This document shows positions 37,771 to 48,849 of a DNA stretch of 64,000 nucleotides, piece after piece. Position 1 is the first letter of the stretch. Each line of letters begins with the position of its first letter. The stretch is from an uncultured Nitrososphaeria archaeon. Its GTDB lineage: Archaea; Thermoproteota; Nitrososphaeria; Geothermarchaeales; JDFR-13. The stretch lies in assembly GCA_964529905.1 (NCBI GenBank), contig CAZGXJ010000003.1, positions 2,245 to 66,244 of the forward strand, in the 5' to 3' direction. Under the pieces are notes generated by a model, which saw only the letters and a list, made by a program, of their open reading frames with translations, was not told where the DNA came from and ran no database searches. The translations under genes and the position numbers were made by a program.

Positions 37771-38638
37771 ATATCCATCTCCTCAATCCAGCTCTCCTAT
37801 ATCCAATTATAGATCCATTATTTAGAAGCTCATATAGAATGTCCATATCCTCTAATTTAATCAGTAGATGTGTCCCGAAATCCGCTAAAATATTCAGTTT
37901 TTGATATATCATATCTACTACATCTCTATCTACGAGAACTTCATAAATTCCCTCAGTAAATATATCCCTCTTATCTCCGACCCATCTAACCCTACCATCA
38001 CTAATAATCATTAATTTCTCTGATAATACCTCAGCCTCCTCTATTACATGGGTTGTAAAGATAATCCCACCTCTATCCTTCATAACATCGTAGAAAACCC
38101 TTCTATATTTAATATCTAGATTTGATAGTGGTTCATCTAGAATCGCTATCTTATCTCGATATATTATTAGGCTTATCAATAGGGATAATATTTGAGACTG
38201 CCCACTACTTAATTCATATAGTCTCTTTTCCATTATATCATTTAATGGAAGGTCGTCTCCATAATTATCTAAAATGTTTCTCAATCCATCTTTGCCTATG
38301 AGTATATTTAGGATATCTCTTACTCTTAATGCCAAATTATATCTCGGTTTCTCAAAAGTATATGTTATATAGTTATATATTCTCCATCTATTAGAATATG
38401 GTTCTATACCGTTAATATAGGCTTTACCAGATGTAGGCCGTCTAATACCAGATAGTATGGTCAGGAATGTGGTCTTCCCAGATCCGTTCGGACCTACAAT
38501 AGCTATTATATTCCCTGATATCTCTAGATTTAGGTTGTCTAATGCAACCACTCTACCGAATACCTTCCTAAGTTTAACAGCTTTGATGTTAACCATCTTA
38601 CCTCCTCCTAATATGTAGGACGAACATGATGATTGCAA
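37754..38638 (-). CDS. ABC transporter ATP-binding protein
   Basis: Walker A GPNGSGKTT, LSSGQ signature (YELSSGQSQIL), and Walker B ILDEP. Confidence 0.85.
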   Translation of the reverse strand: MQSSCSSYILGGGKMVNIKAVKLRKVFGRVVALDNLNLEISGNIIAIVGPNGSGKTTFLTILSGIRRPTSGKAYINGIEPYSNRWRIYNYITYTFEKPRYNLALRVRDILNILIGKDGLRNILDNYGDDLPLNDIMEKRLYELSSGQSQILSLLISLIIYRDKIAILDEPLSNLDIKYRRVFYDVMKDRGGIIFTTHVIEEAEVLSEKLMIISDGRVRWVGDKRDIFTEGIYEVLVDRDVVDMIYQKLNILADFGTHLLIKLEDMDILYELLNNGSIIGYRRAGLRRWIYAENP

Positions 38639-39608
38639 CAGCCGTTATTACCTCACTTAAAGGTGTCAGACCTATATATAATGTGATTAATCCTAACAGC
38701 CATTCCTGTGATCTAGGGGATATATTTGTATTATAAAGTATCAATTTTTCCCAGTATATGTCAATGGATAGGTTTGCTATATTCCTATATGCATCCCTTA
38801 TAAATGATAGGAAGTCAATATTAAACGTATCTATAAGCATATTTATTATTGGCCCTCCATTTAGATAAATTATCCTACTTAACCTCTCTTCTTTAAAGTC
38901 GTTTGCATAGTCCGATGAGAAGTGGTAGAGAATATATCCATTATCCATTTTTAGGTATGACAGGAACGTTCCTCCATCATATCTATCTCTGAGAAAACCA
39001 CATTTAATGTCGCTATAATATAGCGGAGCCTCACCAATTAATACATCATCATTCAATAGGTAGAACCCAGCCACATATTTCCTGGGTACACCGAATATAG
39101 ATGGTGAGCCGGATAAATCTCCAAATAATATCTTTCCAGGTGATTCACATATGAATATTTTAAGGCTGTACTCAGATACCATTTCCTTTGATGAGGTTGG
39201 GAATAATACCTTTATCATTGGGTGATCCCTATCAACCTGCAGTTCTCTTATAAATATGACCCTCTCTTCGGAGAAGTTAAATATATCCCCTGCTATAAAT
39301 CCGTCTGCTATATCTGTATTGTTAACAACCTTTATCCATATTTCCGCATAACTATCACTAAATGATATATTCAATTTGAAGATGTAATGCCTCGATAAAG
39401 AATTAATAATATGGGTTTCATTATATGTACCTTCAAAAAATATTCTTCCATAATATGTAAACCTTGCCCCATTTTCTATCCCATGTTTGGAAGAGAAATA
39501 TTTAATATATGCCATAGCATATGGAGCTAATATGATTGTGAAGAGTAATAGGAGTAATACCATCCCCACAACTAGATATGTAGATATCCTCATATCCAGA
39601 CACCACAC
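38598..39608 (-). CDS. Membrane-anchored extracytoplasmic protein of unknown function
   Basis: N-terminal and C-terminal TM helices bracket a ~280-aa beta-rich hydrophilic domain. Same operon as the ABC ATPase. Confidence 0.35.
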   Translation of the reverse strand: MWCLDMRISTYLVVGMVLLLLLFTIILAPYAMAYIKYFSSKHGIENGARFTYYGRIFFEGTYNETHIINSLSRHYIFKLNISFSDSYAEIWIKVVNNTDIADGFIAGDIFNFSEERVIFIRELQVDRDHPMIKVLFPTSSKEMVSEYSLKIFICESPGKILFGDLSGSPSIFGVPRKYVAGFYLLNDDVLIGEAPLYYSDIKCGFLRDRYDGGTFLSYLKMDNGYILYHFSSDYANDFKEERLSRIIYLNGGPIINMLIDTFNIDFLSFIRDAYRNIANLSIDIYWEKLILYNTNISPRSQEWLLGLITLYIGLTPLSEVITAVAIIMFVLHIRRR

Positions 39609-39666
39609 CTTAAGAATAAATAATTATAAAAATTATTGTCAATCAAACTATGAAAATTTTATCAGA

Positions 39667-40161
39667 TTAACCTGCCTGCCCTTCGAAGAACTTTCTCAAG
39701 AATCTATATGCATCCTCTAGGGCATCGATTATTGAATATCTTACATTATCCACTTCATAATATACTACATACCTTACTACATAGTTTCCATAAGTCTTCA
39801 ACTTTACTATATTCTTTCCACTGAAGTTGATATTCCACGATCCCTGATTCCATCGAGTAACCTCTTTCACAATATGGGGACTTATCGTTTCACTATATGT
39901 ACTTGCTGATGCGAAGCATGTTATACACCACCAAGCTACCCATGCTTCATGACGTGTATAGCTTAGGAATGTGTCGAAGGTAGATGGATTTATAAGTATC
40001 CCCTTCACCGTGGTTTTTACATGTGTAGCCTCCCATCCAAGATAATTTACTGTATAAACTTTAAGGGTTACCTCCATTCCCGACTGGCTATATACATATA
40101 GAATATGAGGCATTAGGAGGAGAAGAATGGATATCATTAATAGACCCTTTTTGGACCTCAT
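39667..40161 (-). CDS. Secreted/extracytoplasmic hypothetical protein
   Basis: N-terminal signal-anchor (LLMISILLLLMPHILYVYS). First structural gene after the small RHH-like gene. Confidence 0.3.
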   Translation of the reverse strand: MRSKKGLLMISILLLLMPHILYVYSQSGMEVTLKVYTVNYLGWEATHVKTTVKGILINPSTFDTFLSYTRHEAWVAWWCITCFASASTYSETISPHIVKEVTRWNQGSWNINFSGKNIVKLKTYGNYVVRYVVYYEVDNVRYSIIDALEDAYRFLRKFFEGQAG

Positions 40162-40189
40162 ATCTATTTAAATCTATTTAAATCTATTC
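40162..40189. repeat. 10-bp tandem repeat (atctatttaa x2.8) in the 5' region of gene 39667-40161
   Basis: Directly visible: atctatttaa atctatttaa atctattc. Confidence 0.5.
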
Positions 40190-40282
40190 TCTATACAATA
40201 TTAGTAATCTATCAATCTATAGATATGGAAAATTAGAAAAATAAGAAATGTAAATATAGTCTATTATGTCTTATATATTTCT

Positions 40283-40492
40283 CTATAGGTAGCCTAGGCT
40301 TCTTAGCCTCTCCTTAATCTCTTCCTCCTCTTCCGGTGTATATACCTTCTCCTCTTCTCCAAGCGTCTCCCTTATGATGAATTCCAGCAGCTCCTCGGGT
40401 GATTTAAATTCTCCTTCACTCTCCTTTACTGTCTTTACTAGGAGGTCATATACCTCCTTTGAAATCTCTATCTTCACTTTCTCATCACTCAT
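40283..40492 (-). CDS. Small RHH/CopG-like protein with a C-terminal RLRSLGYL tail (paralogue of 32732-32947)
   Basis: 69 aa. KVKIEISKEVYDLLVKTV N-terminus, acidic linker, and C-terminal EEEEIKERLRSLGYL, nearly identical to the tail of the 71-aa protein upstream of sat. Confidence 0.4.
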   Translation of the reverse strand: MSDEKVKIEISKEVYDLLVKTVKESEGEFKSPEELLEFIIRETLGEEEKVYTPEEEEEIKERLRSLGYL

Positions 40493-40635
40493 ATATCATC
40501 ATTATAAAAGTATAGGTAGGATGGTAATAAAGCATACATATCTATGTGGTACTAAATACTTCAAACCTAATTTCCAATACATGTCATCTTCTTTATTGGA
40601 AATCTTATAAAGTATTTAAATCATTATAACATTCC

Positions 40636-40947
40636 ATGAGGATCAGGATCATATACGTAACTATAGGTCTTAGGGATGCACCCCGTTTCTCTAGAGAACT
40701 GGTGGAGAGGAGGTTGGCCGCCTGTGTAAATATAGTGAGAGTTACCTCGATTTATAGATGGAAGGGGGAAGTGGAGGAGGATGAGGAAGCTCTATTAATT
40801 ATCAAGACTTTTGAAGATAGGGTTGAGGAGTTGAAGAGATATATCCTTGAGAATCATCCATATGAACTTCCCGAATTTATAGTTATTTCCCCATCAGATG
40901 TTTATAAGGAATATGGCGACTGGGTTATTGATTCATGCTCCATATAA
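40636..40947 (+). CDS. cutA: Divalent-cation tolerance protein CutA
   Basis: RLAACVNI...SIYRWKGEVEEDEEALLIIKT...HPYELPEFI is the CutA1 signature pattern. Confidence 0.75.
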   Translation: MRIRIIYVTIGLRDAPRFSRELVERRLAACVNIVRVTSIYRWKGEVEEDEEALLIIKTFEDRVEELKRYILENHPYELPEFIVISPSDVYKEYGDWVIDSCSI

Positions 40948-42402
40948 CTATTCCCTTGGTATAAATATGTCATGCGGCCTCAACTCCGATATGCCTTGAG
41001 GCGGTACATAAGCGAATCTCGCTTTGTTCCACATCTCAGGAATATTTTTTGCCCCTACATACCCCATTGCAGCCTGTAGTCCACCGATCAACTCCTTCAC
41101 CACATCTGAGACCCTCCCTCTATATGGTACCCATCCCTCGATACCCTCATCAATATCCTTTGATGGTTTTGAATATCTATCTAGTCCAGCTCTCTTACTC
41201 CTAGCCCTTGCACTACCCATTCCATAATATTCCTTATAATATTTACCCTGTATGGCTATTAACCTTCCAGGACTCTCTTTAGTCCCTGCAAATATGTTCC
41301 CCATCATTACGGCAGATGCTCCTGCGGCTAGGGCTAAGGCTATATCTCCTGTATTCCTTATCCCTCCATCAGCTATTATAGGTATCTCTCCATGTAACCC
41401 AAGTTCCTCTAAAGCTTCAGAAGCCATTATAGTTGCATAGAAGGTGGGTGCAGCGACCTTCGTAACTACGCTCGTAGTACAGATTGAGCCGCTACCCATC
41501 CCAATCCTTAAGCCTGAGACGTTTTCTATCCTTGATAAGGCCTCTAATACACCTTCCTTAGTTCCTAAGTTTCCTATAACTATATCAGCGTTTACATATT
41601 TAGCTAGTTTAGACGTTGCATTGATAACGTTTTCATTGTGGAAATGGGCTACATCTATTACTAGGATATCTACATATCTATCGAGTTTCTTGGCTCTCTC
41701 AATATCATATGGAGATACAGCTGCCCCGACCAATAGCCTTCCCTCCTTATCTCTGCTAGCATTGGGATATCTCCCCCTCAACTCCAGGTCTTTAAATGTT
41801 ATCAAGCCTTTAAGCCTCCAATTATCATCTATAATTGGTAGCTTCTCAATTTTATGTATCTGCATCAACTCCTTAGCCTCATCTATAGAGACTTCATCCT
41901 TCGCAACTATTAATCTATCTCGAGGAGTCATTACATCTCTAATATATAGGTTTTTATCTGAATACCTTACATCCCTCCATGTAACTATACCTACCAACCT
42001 ATCCCCATTCTCGACAACGGGTAATCCATGGATATCCATCCTATTCATAATATTGATTGCCTCTGATACAGTTGTATCTGGTCTAATAACTATTACATCC
42101 CTGATAATCATAGATTCTGCCCTTTTAACCCGTCTAGCCATCTCCACCTGCTCATCAACACTACAATTTCTATGTAGAATACCCAATCCTCCCTCTCTAG
42201 CAAGTGCTATAGCCAAGTCTGGACCTGTAACTGTGTCCATTGGGGATGAGATGAAGGGCAGGTTTATCCTAATATTTTTCGTTACTTTAGTCTCTAAGGA
42301 GATCTCTCTAGGCTCAACATCTGATTTACCAGGCAATAATATAACATCGTTGAATGTATATGCTATAGGCATATTTACAAGTTTGTTTAAAAATCTTCCC
42401 AT
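40948..42402 (-). CDS. guaB: Inosine-5'-monophosphate dehydrogenase with a CBS pair
   Basis: N-terminal [16 protein letters not shown] domains, the catalytic Cys loop [15 protein letters not shown], and C-terminal [12 protein letters not shown]. Confidence 0.9.
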   Translation of the reverse strand: MGRFLNKLVNMPIAYTFNDVILLPGKSDVEPREISLETKVTKNIRINLPFISSPMDTVTGPDLAIALAREGGLGILHRNCSVDEQVEMARRVKRAESMIIRDVIVIRPDTTVSEAINIMNRMDIHGLPVVENGDRLVGIVTWRDVRYSDKNLYIRDVMTPRDRLIVAKDEVSIDEAKELMQIHKIEKLPIIDDNWRLKGLITFKDLELRGRYPNASRDKEGRLLVGAAVSPYDIERAKKLDRYVDILVIDVAHFHNENVINATSKLAKYVNADIVIGNLGTKEGVLEALSRIENVSGLRIGMGSGSICTTSVVTKVAAPTFYATIMASEALEELGLHGEIPIIADGGIRNTGDIALALAAGASAVMMGNIFAGTKESPGRLIAIQGKYYKEYYGMGSARARSKRAGLDRYSKPSKDIDEGIEGWVPYRGRVSDVVKELIGGLQAAMGYVGAKNIPEMWNKARFAYVPPQGISELRPHDIFIPRE

Positions 42403-42634
42403 CTATATCACCAAATATTGATATTATTAATACACTAGACATAGTAGCTATATTAATCTTTCGCTTCAATCTTTTAGAATGTTAATTGATGCCAAACCTA
42501 ATTATATAGTGGATGTGAGAGCACGAGTTATGTATACTCGTTTTTCCGGTTCTATTCAGCATAAAACACCTTTTTAGGATAAGATGGATCACTGTTTTTT
42601 CCTAGCTTTATGTATGGATGTAGGATTTTAGTTT

Positions 42635-42838
42635 ATGGAGGGAATTATGGATGTTGTGGTAAGAATTGATAGAAAGGGACATATATTAATTCCAAGGAAG
42701 ATAAAGGAGGCCTTAGGTATTAAGGAGAGACAGCCTATTAGAGTTAATGTAGTTGGCAATAAGATAGTTTTAACCCCTTTGAAGGATATTGAGGATGTAT
42801 ATTATAACTCTATAGAAGTAGGTCTAGGATTACTTTAA
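42635..42838 (+). CDS. vapB: AbrB/SpoVT-family (swapped-hairpin) antitoxin, orphan VapB-like
   Basis: VVRIDRKGHILIPRKIKEALGIKERQPIRVNV. No intact PIN gene follows. About 670 bp of non-coding DNA lies downstream. Confidence 0.5.
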   Translation: MEGIMDVVVRIDRKGHILIPRKIKEALGIKERQPIRVNVVGNKIVLTPLKDIEDVYYNSIEVGLGLL

Positions 42839-43510
42839 CTATTTCGTCTAGACTATAGTGAGCTAGGTCTTTTGGGTTGGCAACTTCACTTAACTCTACG
42901 GAGTAGGATAAATCCTCATTCCAAAGGGTAGATCCCATGGCATAGAATACCCTGAACCATTCTATCTACCGCATATTAAGTTCTTGGACCACCATATTCC
43001 CATATCCATAGCGCTCATTATAAGTGGTAACTTAAGTGGTAATTCTTGAGGGACGGCTTAAGATATTATATCATGAAATCGCTACTTCTAGTCTTCCCAA
43101 TACTTTATTATCTCCTACATGAAATCTATCCCTAGGATTTGTGGTCTATAGAAACTAAGTCTCGACGAGTAATGTATAAATCGAGCTTCAACACGGTGAT
43201 CTTATCACATTCAAACTCATATGGATTATTTTGTTTTAGCTAAAAAGATGCTTAAACAAATTATTTATGTAATTATCTGGTTAAAGATGGTTGTCAATCT
43301 TCAATATTTCCAATCTCTAATGGGTTATTCCTACTGGATAGACAGTATGATATAGGAAGATGGTTTGTAAAAATAGAATTAAGTATATCAGTTTGTTATA
43401 TCAATATTTTTAAATATATCGTTTCTAGGAAGGTCTAATAAGCTGTAAATATATTTCTTTTCCTATTTTTTAACCGTTTTATTTATATATTTTTTAGGCC
43501 TTTTTTTTGG

Positions 43511-44314
43511 GTGATGTATTTGGGTATGGTTATTAGGTTTTCAGCTTTTCTCCTTCTTTTAACAATAGTTTTCTTTAGTTTTGGTTATGCTATTTGGTAT
43601 CCATCTATTAGGAGGTATAGACCTGTTATTGGTGGAGTTAAGTATATGTCTGTAAGGGTATATATTGATGGTGATATATCTGAGCCCTATGGGAACTGTA
43701 CTATTGGATATATTGGGAGAGATATGTATGGTAGGAGATATATTGTCTCTGCTTCCCACTGTTTTAACTGGACTAGATCTGGGGTTGGCTGGATATGGAC
43801 CATGCACCAGCCGAAACTATATAGTAATGAGAGGTATGGATATATAGGTAGCCTATCATTTATAAACCAATATGTAGATGCAGCCTTCATATCCCCAATA
43901 ACAAATACAAGAGCAAAAATACTGACAAAACTACCAAGTGGAACACCATACAAAGCAAAAGTAGTAAACTATTACCACATATCAGAAATCAAAAACAATA
44001 TCTTAAAGAATAAAATAATTTTAAAGACTGGATATAGTAGCGGTGTTACTAGAGGTAGTTTCATAGGTTATAGACAAGTTCTATACCTAGCTGGACGGCC
44101 ACTATATTATGTCGTTTTGATCGATATTCCAACACAAGATGGGGATAGCGGTGGGCCTTCATACACCGCTAAATGGGTATTTCAGAGGGGGAGAAGATAC
44201 TATGTATTAAACCTGATAGGGATACTTTCTGCAAATCCCTATTATGCGTGGTTCATATCTGTACATGGTATTGAGTTGATGACAGGCGTTAAACCTATAA
44301 CATATAATGTTTAG
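43511..44314 (+). CDS. Trypsin-like (S1 family) serine protease with an N-terminal signal anchor
   Basis: His-Asp-Ser triad in canonical order: VSASHCF (like TAAHC), VDAAFISP, GDSGGP. N-terminal hydrophobic segment. 267 aa. Confidence 0.6.
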   Translation: MMYLGMVIRFSAFLLLLTIVFFSFGYAIWYPSIRRYRPVIGGVKYMSVRVYIDGDISEPYGNCTIGYIGRDMYGRRYIVSASHCFNWTRSGVGWIWTMHQPKLYSNERYGYIGSLSFINQYVDAAFISPITNTRAKILTKLPSGTPYKAKVVNYYHISEIKNNILKNKIILKTGYSSGVTRGSFIGYRQVLYLAGRPLYYVVLIDIPTQDGDSGGPSYTAKWVFQRGRRYYVLNLIGILSANPYYAWFISVHGIELMTGVKPITYNV

Positions 44315-44317
44315 GGG

Positions 44318-45490
44318 GTGGGATGTGGTATGGAGATAAAATATGTTGTTTTAATATCCCTCCTCATAGGAGTATTATCTTCACCATATCTAGTATATGG
44401 AGTCGATAGGAATAGGTTGGATTATAAAGTTGAGGTATATTTGCTTGATGTAAATAATATCTTCGATAAGTATGGAGATCTATACATACTGAGGAATGAG
44501 TATATTTATCCAGAGAATTTTGTATCGGTTAGTGGACAGATATGGATATCTATCAAGGGTCTAAATGATTGGGATCCAAATGGACATCCATATTTAGAGG
44601 GCTTCACCCTAGATTCAGATATAGGTAATTATTCCGATAACTATTTTTGGAAGAGGATTAGGTGGGATATCTACACATATGTTAAAGACTTGGGATATAG
44701 AGATATCTATGTTGGTATAGCTGGTAATTTAATAGAGATTTCGATTGGCGGAGGGGCTGATCCAAATGACTTATTGAATAACGTTGATGCCATCGGAGAT
44801 ATTTATATGAATTGGATAGGAAAGGCTTTAAAGGCTTTAGAAAGAGAAGGTTTCTATCTACCAATTGATAAATTCCTAGATGGTATAAATAATAGAATTA
44901 GGATAGTTATATTAGAGACGCCTTTCAAAAGATATACGGATAATTTCTCCCTGGATCTCGAACATATCTCAATAACGGATCCCTCAAATATCTATCCAAA
45001 ATATGGATTTATTATCCAGGCAATGGGTCCGGAGACATACTTCGGCGTATATTCGATTGAGATACCTGTGGCATGTGTAGATCCAACATTTAACGTGGAA
45101 TATAATCTATCATCTATAACCGATATACTTGGAAGTATAAGGGAGATAAAAAATGCCTTGTTTGGATATGAAAAGGAGGTTATCATAATACCCACTAAGA
45201 AATGCTATAACGGAAATCCATTTACAGGTCCCGGCTCGGAGGATATAGAAAATAGGGCGAAGGATATAGAACTTTATAAACCTATCCTAGTGAAAGTTAT
45301 TAATTATGGATATGTAGTAGATACCCCAGTAGAGACTAAAGATTCTACTAAAGACTTAATGGATCAAAAACCAAAAGCCGACATAGACATGTCTCAAATA
45401 AAATGGGGTTTAGAATTATTTTTAGCTAGTATAATAGGAATAACTGGATTAATAATCATATTAATATACATATTTAAATCTAAGGGGTAA
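44318..45490 (+). CDS. Cell-surface protein of unknown function (signal peptide, C-terminal TM anchor)
   Basis: N-terminal signal sequence, a ~340-aa hydrophilic domain, and a C-terminal LELFLASIIGITGLIIILIYIF anchor followed by KSKG. It is 4 bp downstream of the S1 protease gene. Confidence 0.35.
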   Translation: MGCGMEIKYVVLISLLIGVLSSPYLVYGVDRNRLDYKVEVYLLDVNNIFDKYGDLYILRNEYIYPENFVSVSGQIWISIKGLNDWDPNGHPYLEGFTLDSDIGNYSDNYFWKRIRWDIYTYVKDLGYRDIYVGIAGNLIEISIGGGADPNDLLNNVDAIGDIYMNWIGKALKALEREGFYLPIDKFLDGINNRIRIVILETPFKRYTDNFSLDLEHISITDPSNIYPKYGFIIQAMGPETYFGVYSIEIPVACVDPTFNVEYNLSSITDILGSIREIKNALFGYEKEVIIIPTKKCYNGNPFTGPGSEDIENRAKDIELYKPILVKVINYGYVVDTPVETKDSTKDLMDQKPKADIDMSQIKWGLELFLASIIGITGLIIILIYIFKSKG

Positions 45491-46230
45491 GGATATGTAA
45501 GCCATACTATTACCCAACATATGACCTATTCATTTTTAGATGTATTCCAAAGAAGTTCCGACAATATGCTGGGGCTCATAAGTGATATAGTAATTTAGTA
45601 TGGAGATAAGATCTAGTTTCCAATTGGGAGATAGCACATTTAATAATCTAAAATAATTTTATTCGATGTGAATGAGGGCTAATATACCTTGTTGAATATA
45701 TCCAGTAGTCTATCCAAACTGTATAAGTAATTCTAACCATCATATATGTTTTAGAGACGATGGCTCTAAAATCGAATTCCCAATAAAAAAATCTCCGCCT
45801 TATCCATACTTACTATATCCTACATTTGGATTCTTGAAACTTATAGTAAACCATCAATACATTAATTCATCATCTATATTTTTTAACAAGTGATCCCATC
45901 TTAAGTGGTTAGACTCCCTAACTGTTGCACCCCGTCCTATGAAGTCAGTTGTATATGAAGCTAGAAATATTTATTCTGAGAATATTTCAGGTAAGAGGTT
46001 TGAGTATATATTATAGTGCTAGATAGAATAATTCAGTCATACTAAACAGCTTATCGGGTGGCCCTAACATATTTATTAATATGGTTATTCCCTCTCAATA
46101 TGCATGGAGGTGGATCGGTCTCTACATCTAAGGAATACTAATTGAAATATTCTTATCTAATCTAGAGTTAAGGTTATTTATAGGGTTGAGACTGGGGATA
46201 TTCTTATAGTGAATATCAAATTTATATGAT

Positions 46231-46641
46231 TCATCCTGTCTTAATGTATCCTTTGTATTTAGATTTCATGACTTTATCCTTAAACTTCTCATCAAACGTG
46301 TTAAGAAGGTCTTCTCTATATATCGCTGTAGCTAAATATACCGAGTCATATATAGTTATTCCCAATTCAACCGCCAATTCTAAGGCCTTATCAATTACCT
46401 CTATAGAATTTATTAATTCAATATATCCCACTATATCCTTCATTATCTTAATTAATTCAACCGCCTCATCAATGCTAATCCTTCGATATAGATATACATG
46501 TTTCCAAACCACATTCATAGATTCTGGAATAATTAGATCGGGAGCTATTATCTCTCCAGTATAAAATATCTTTTTAGCTTCATCAAAGAATTCATCTCTC
46601 ACTAAATAACTAGCTAATACCGATGCATCTATTATAGGCAT
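46231..46641 (-). CDS. vapC: PIN-domain toxin VapC
   Basis: N-terminal MPIIDASVLASYL with the conserved Asp, and 136 aa. It overlaps the upstream antitoxin gene by 1 nt. Confidence 0.7.
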   Translation of the reverse strand: MPIIDASVLASYLVRDEFFDEAKKIFYTGEIIAPDLIIPESMNVVWKHVYLYRRISIDEAVELIKIMKDIVGYIELINSIEVIDKALELAVELGITIYDSVYLATAIYREDLLNTFDEKFKDKVMKSKYKGYIKTG

Positions 46642-46874
46642 TACCTCTCCCTATCCTCCCTAATAAGGATCCAGCTAGGCTTTACGCTACCTCTAGATAC
46701 AAACCTTGAGTTTAACTCCTCAACCCTTTTTAAAGCTCTCCTATATAATTCAGCTTTAACCCTCTCCTCAATAAACCTCCTAATCTCCTTACTCCACTCA
46801 ATATCAACTCTCTCCATATCCTCCCTAAGCGACCTAGGTAGTCTAATTGTATATACAACCATATCTTTACCCAT
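46641..46874 (-). CDS. vapB: VapB-type antitoxin (putative)
   Basis: 77-aa basic protein immediately upstream of and overlapping the PIN gene. The DNA-binding fold is unclear. Confidence 0.45.
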   Translation of the reverse strand: MGKDMVVYTIRLPRSLREDMERVDIEWSKEIRRFIEERVKAELYRRALKRVEELNSRFVSRGSVKPSWILIREDRER

Positions 46875-48005
46875 ATAAAAACCATAATATGATAAAGTAA
46901 TATAAAAGTGTAATACAAATTTAAAATACCTAAAAACTCAATTTTTGGATCATGAAGATACTGTCATATGCTTATTTCTCCAACATTTGTTAATCATGTA
47001 AAATTAAGGAATAGAAGTTGGAACCACACTAAATTCATGTTCTATTATTATTTTGAATCCTTTTTCTATATGATTATTTTTTATTTTATATGGATTTCCT
47101 CCAAATTATCTTTTTGAGGTTTTCCTTATAAACAATTTGATTTCTTCGAATATCTATGTCGTTCCCCCTATAGATGAAATACTATGGATCTCTTCTCTCC
47201 TGTTATTCATTTCTCATTTATATCACAATTCTCAACCTTTAAAAGTGTTGATTCACATGTTGGGTACACATTCTTTACAAATCCCAACACCTTTCCATCT
47301 ATCTCATGCTTCTTAATAATTAGTTTAATGACCCTTAATACTACTCTCAATTAGGACTCTGATATTAGAATGTTTCTTAGGTAACTCCAATAGATTTACT
47401 TAAATTAAGTTTTTGAATAACTTTATTGAACTATTAATCACATCTCAATTTCATTAGTATAACTCATTTGGATATAATCAAGGAGGACATATATCAATTT
47501 AAACATACCTACTTAAGGGAATGTTAGCCATATTCTCCGTCAGTTTATGAAATAATATCAGGTAGGCATAATCAGGATTATAAGAATTACCATGGTTCGT
47601 CTTATTCTTCCTTTAAATCCAATCCCACCATCTAAATATCATTAACTGCAACATCATATTCAGAGACGAGTTCTTTAATATGTTATTTAGTAAGTTCCTT
47701 TAATTGCCAACTCCTCATTTAATCAACTAATTTAAGCCAGTATATTAGTATTCTTGTATACTCAGTTGTCTCAGGAGATCCTAAAGTTGTAAAACATAAC
47801 CAGGAGGTTTCTTAATATCCTGGCTGCCTTTTTAGTTAGATCTGGATGGCTCCGATATACTTTTCATCTTCTTCTATTATCCTAGTTATTATATATGCTC
47901 TACAGATATCTCACCATAGACTTTGGTCAGATATGGAGGCCATCATTGTATCTTCATCGAAGTTAAATCCCTATAATGTTTTTAACCTAGGTTAGTCTTC
48001 CCTCC

Positions 48006-48515
48006 TCATATCTCTATCTCTTTTAGAAACCTAACCCCAAGCCTCCTCAACTCATCTAAAACTGGCTCCATCTCCTTCTCAACACTCCTAAAAACTGGTG
48101 TGGCTTTGAGCCTCTCAGCTGCGGCGATAACATAGCAGTCTGATAAAGCTATGTGTAGGAGCTTCTTTAACTCTCCCGCTCTAACAATTATTTCATCTTC
48201 CATATCGATCACTTTAGCCTTTGCCTTAACCCACTCAACATAGTTTAATGCCTCATCATTTGGATCATGTATTCCAGCTGCTTCATAGATCTTTGAGGCA
48301 ATATATAGCGTCTCGCTTAACGTAAGAGGGGTTATGAGTAGTTCTACCTCTCCTGCCGTCGACCTATTAAATATCTCGTCCACTTTAGGTCTATATACTG
48401 ATCTAAGCACTATATATTCTACCAACACACTCGTATCAAGCACCAGTCTCCTCACGCCGTAGCATCCCCCTATACTTCCCCAGCTCAAGACGATACTCTT
48501 CCCCAAGCAACTCAT
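48006..48515 (-). CDS. vapC: PIN-domain toxin VapC
   Basis: LVLDTSVLVEYI N-terminal PIN motif. It overlaps the AbrB-type antitoxin gene. Confidence 0.65.
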   Translation of the reverse strand: MSCLGKSIVLSWGSIGGCYGVRRLVLDTSVLVEYIVLRSVYRPKVDEIFNRSTAGEVELLITPLTLSETLYIASKIYEAAGIHDPNDEALNYVEWVKAKAKVIDMEDEIIVRAGELKKLLHIALSDCYVIAAAERLKATPVFRSVEKEMEPVLDELRRLGVRFLKEIEI

Positions 48516-48687
48516 TAACTAATCCGGGGTCTACATCTACCACCTTAGGCTTCAAAGTCCTTATAACTAGCCTGTTCCCCCTAACCTCTATAAGGACCTC
48601 ATCCCCCTCCCTTATACCAACCTTCTCCCTTAGCCTCTTAGGCAATATCAAAACACCCTTCTTCCTGACCTTAAGCACAATCCTCAT
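48436..48687 (-). CDS. vapB: AbrB/SpoVT-family antitoxin VapB
   Basis: MRIVLKVRKKGVLILPKRLREKVGIREGDEVLIEVRGNRLVI swapped-hairpin motif. Confidence 0.65.
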   Translation of the reverse strand: MRIVLKVRKKGVLILPKRLREKVGIREGDEVLIEVRGNRLVIRTLKPKVVDVDPGLVNELLGEEYRLELGKYRGMLRREETGA

Positions 48688-48849
48688 AACGATACAAAAA
48701 TGTTAAACCATCTATATAAAGTTTACCATTTTCTAAGCTATCCAACTTTTATAAATAGAATAACGATATGGAATTGTCTAACAAACACTGACAAGGGAAG
48801 CACTACCCAATACCTCTGATCCATCATAAGAAAAGGCTAAACCCAACAT

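Noticed and set aside
41444-42421. 325-aa plus-strand ORF
   Set aside because: Antisense to IMP dehydrogenase, whose motifs are unambiguous. The product is Ser/Leu/Ile-rich low-complexity sequence.
42840-43500. Attempted to find a decayed PIN/VapC partner for the orphan vapB at 42635-42838
   Set aside because: Translations in all three plus-strand frames directly downstream are interrupted quickly and show no D-x-S/N PIN N-terminal motif. No call was made and the antitoxin is left as an orphan.
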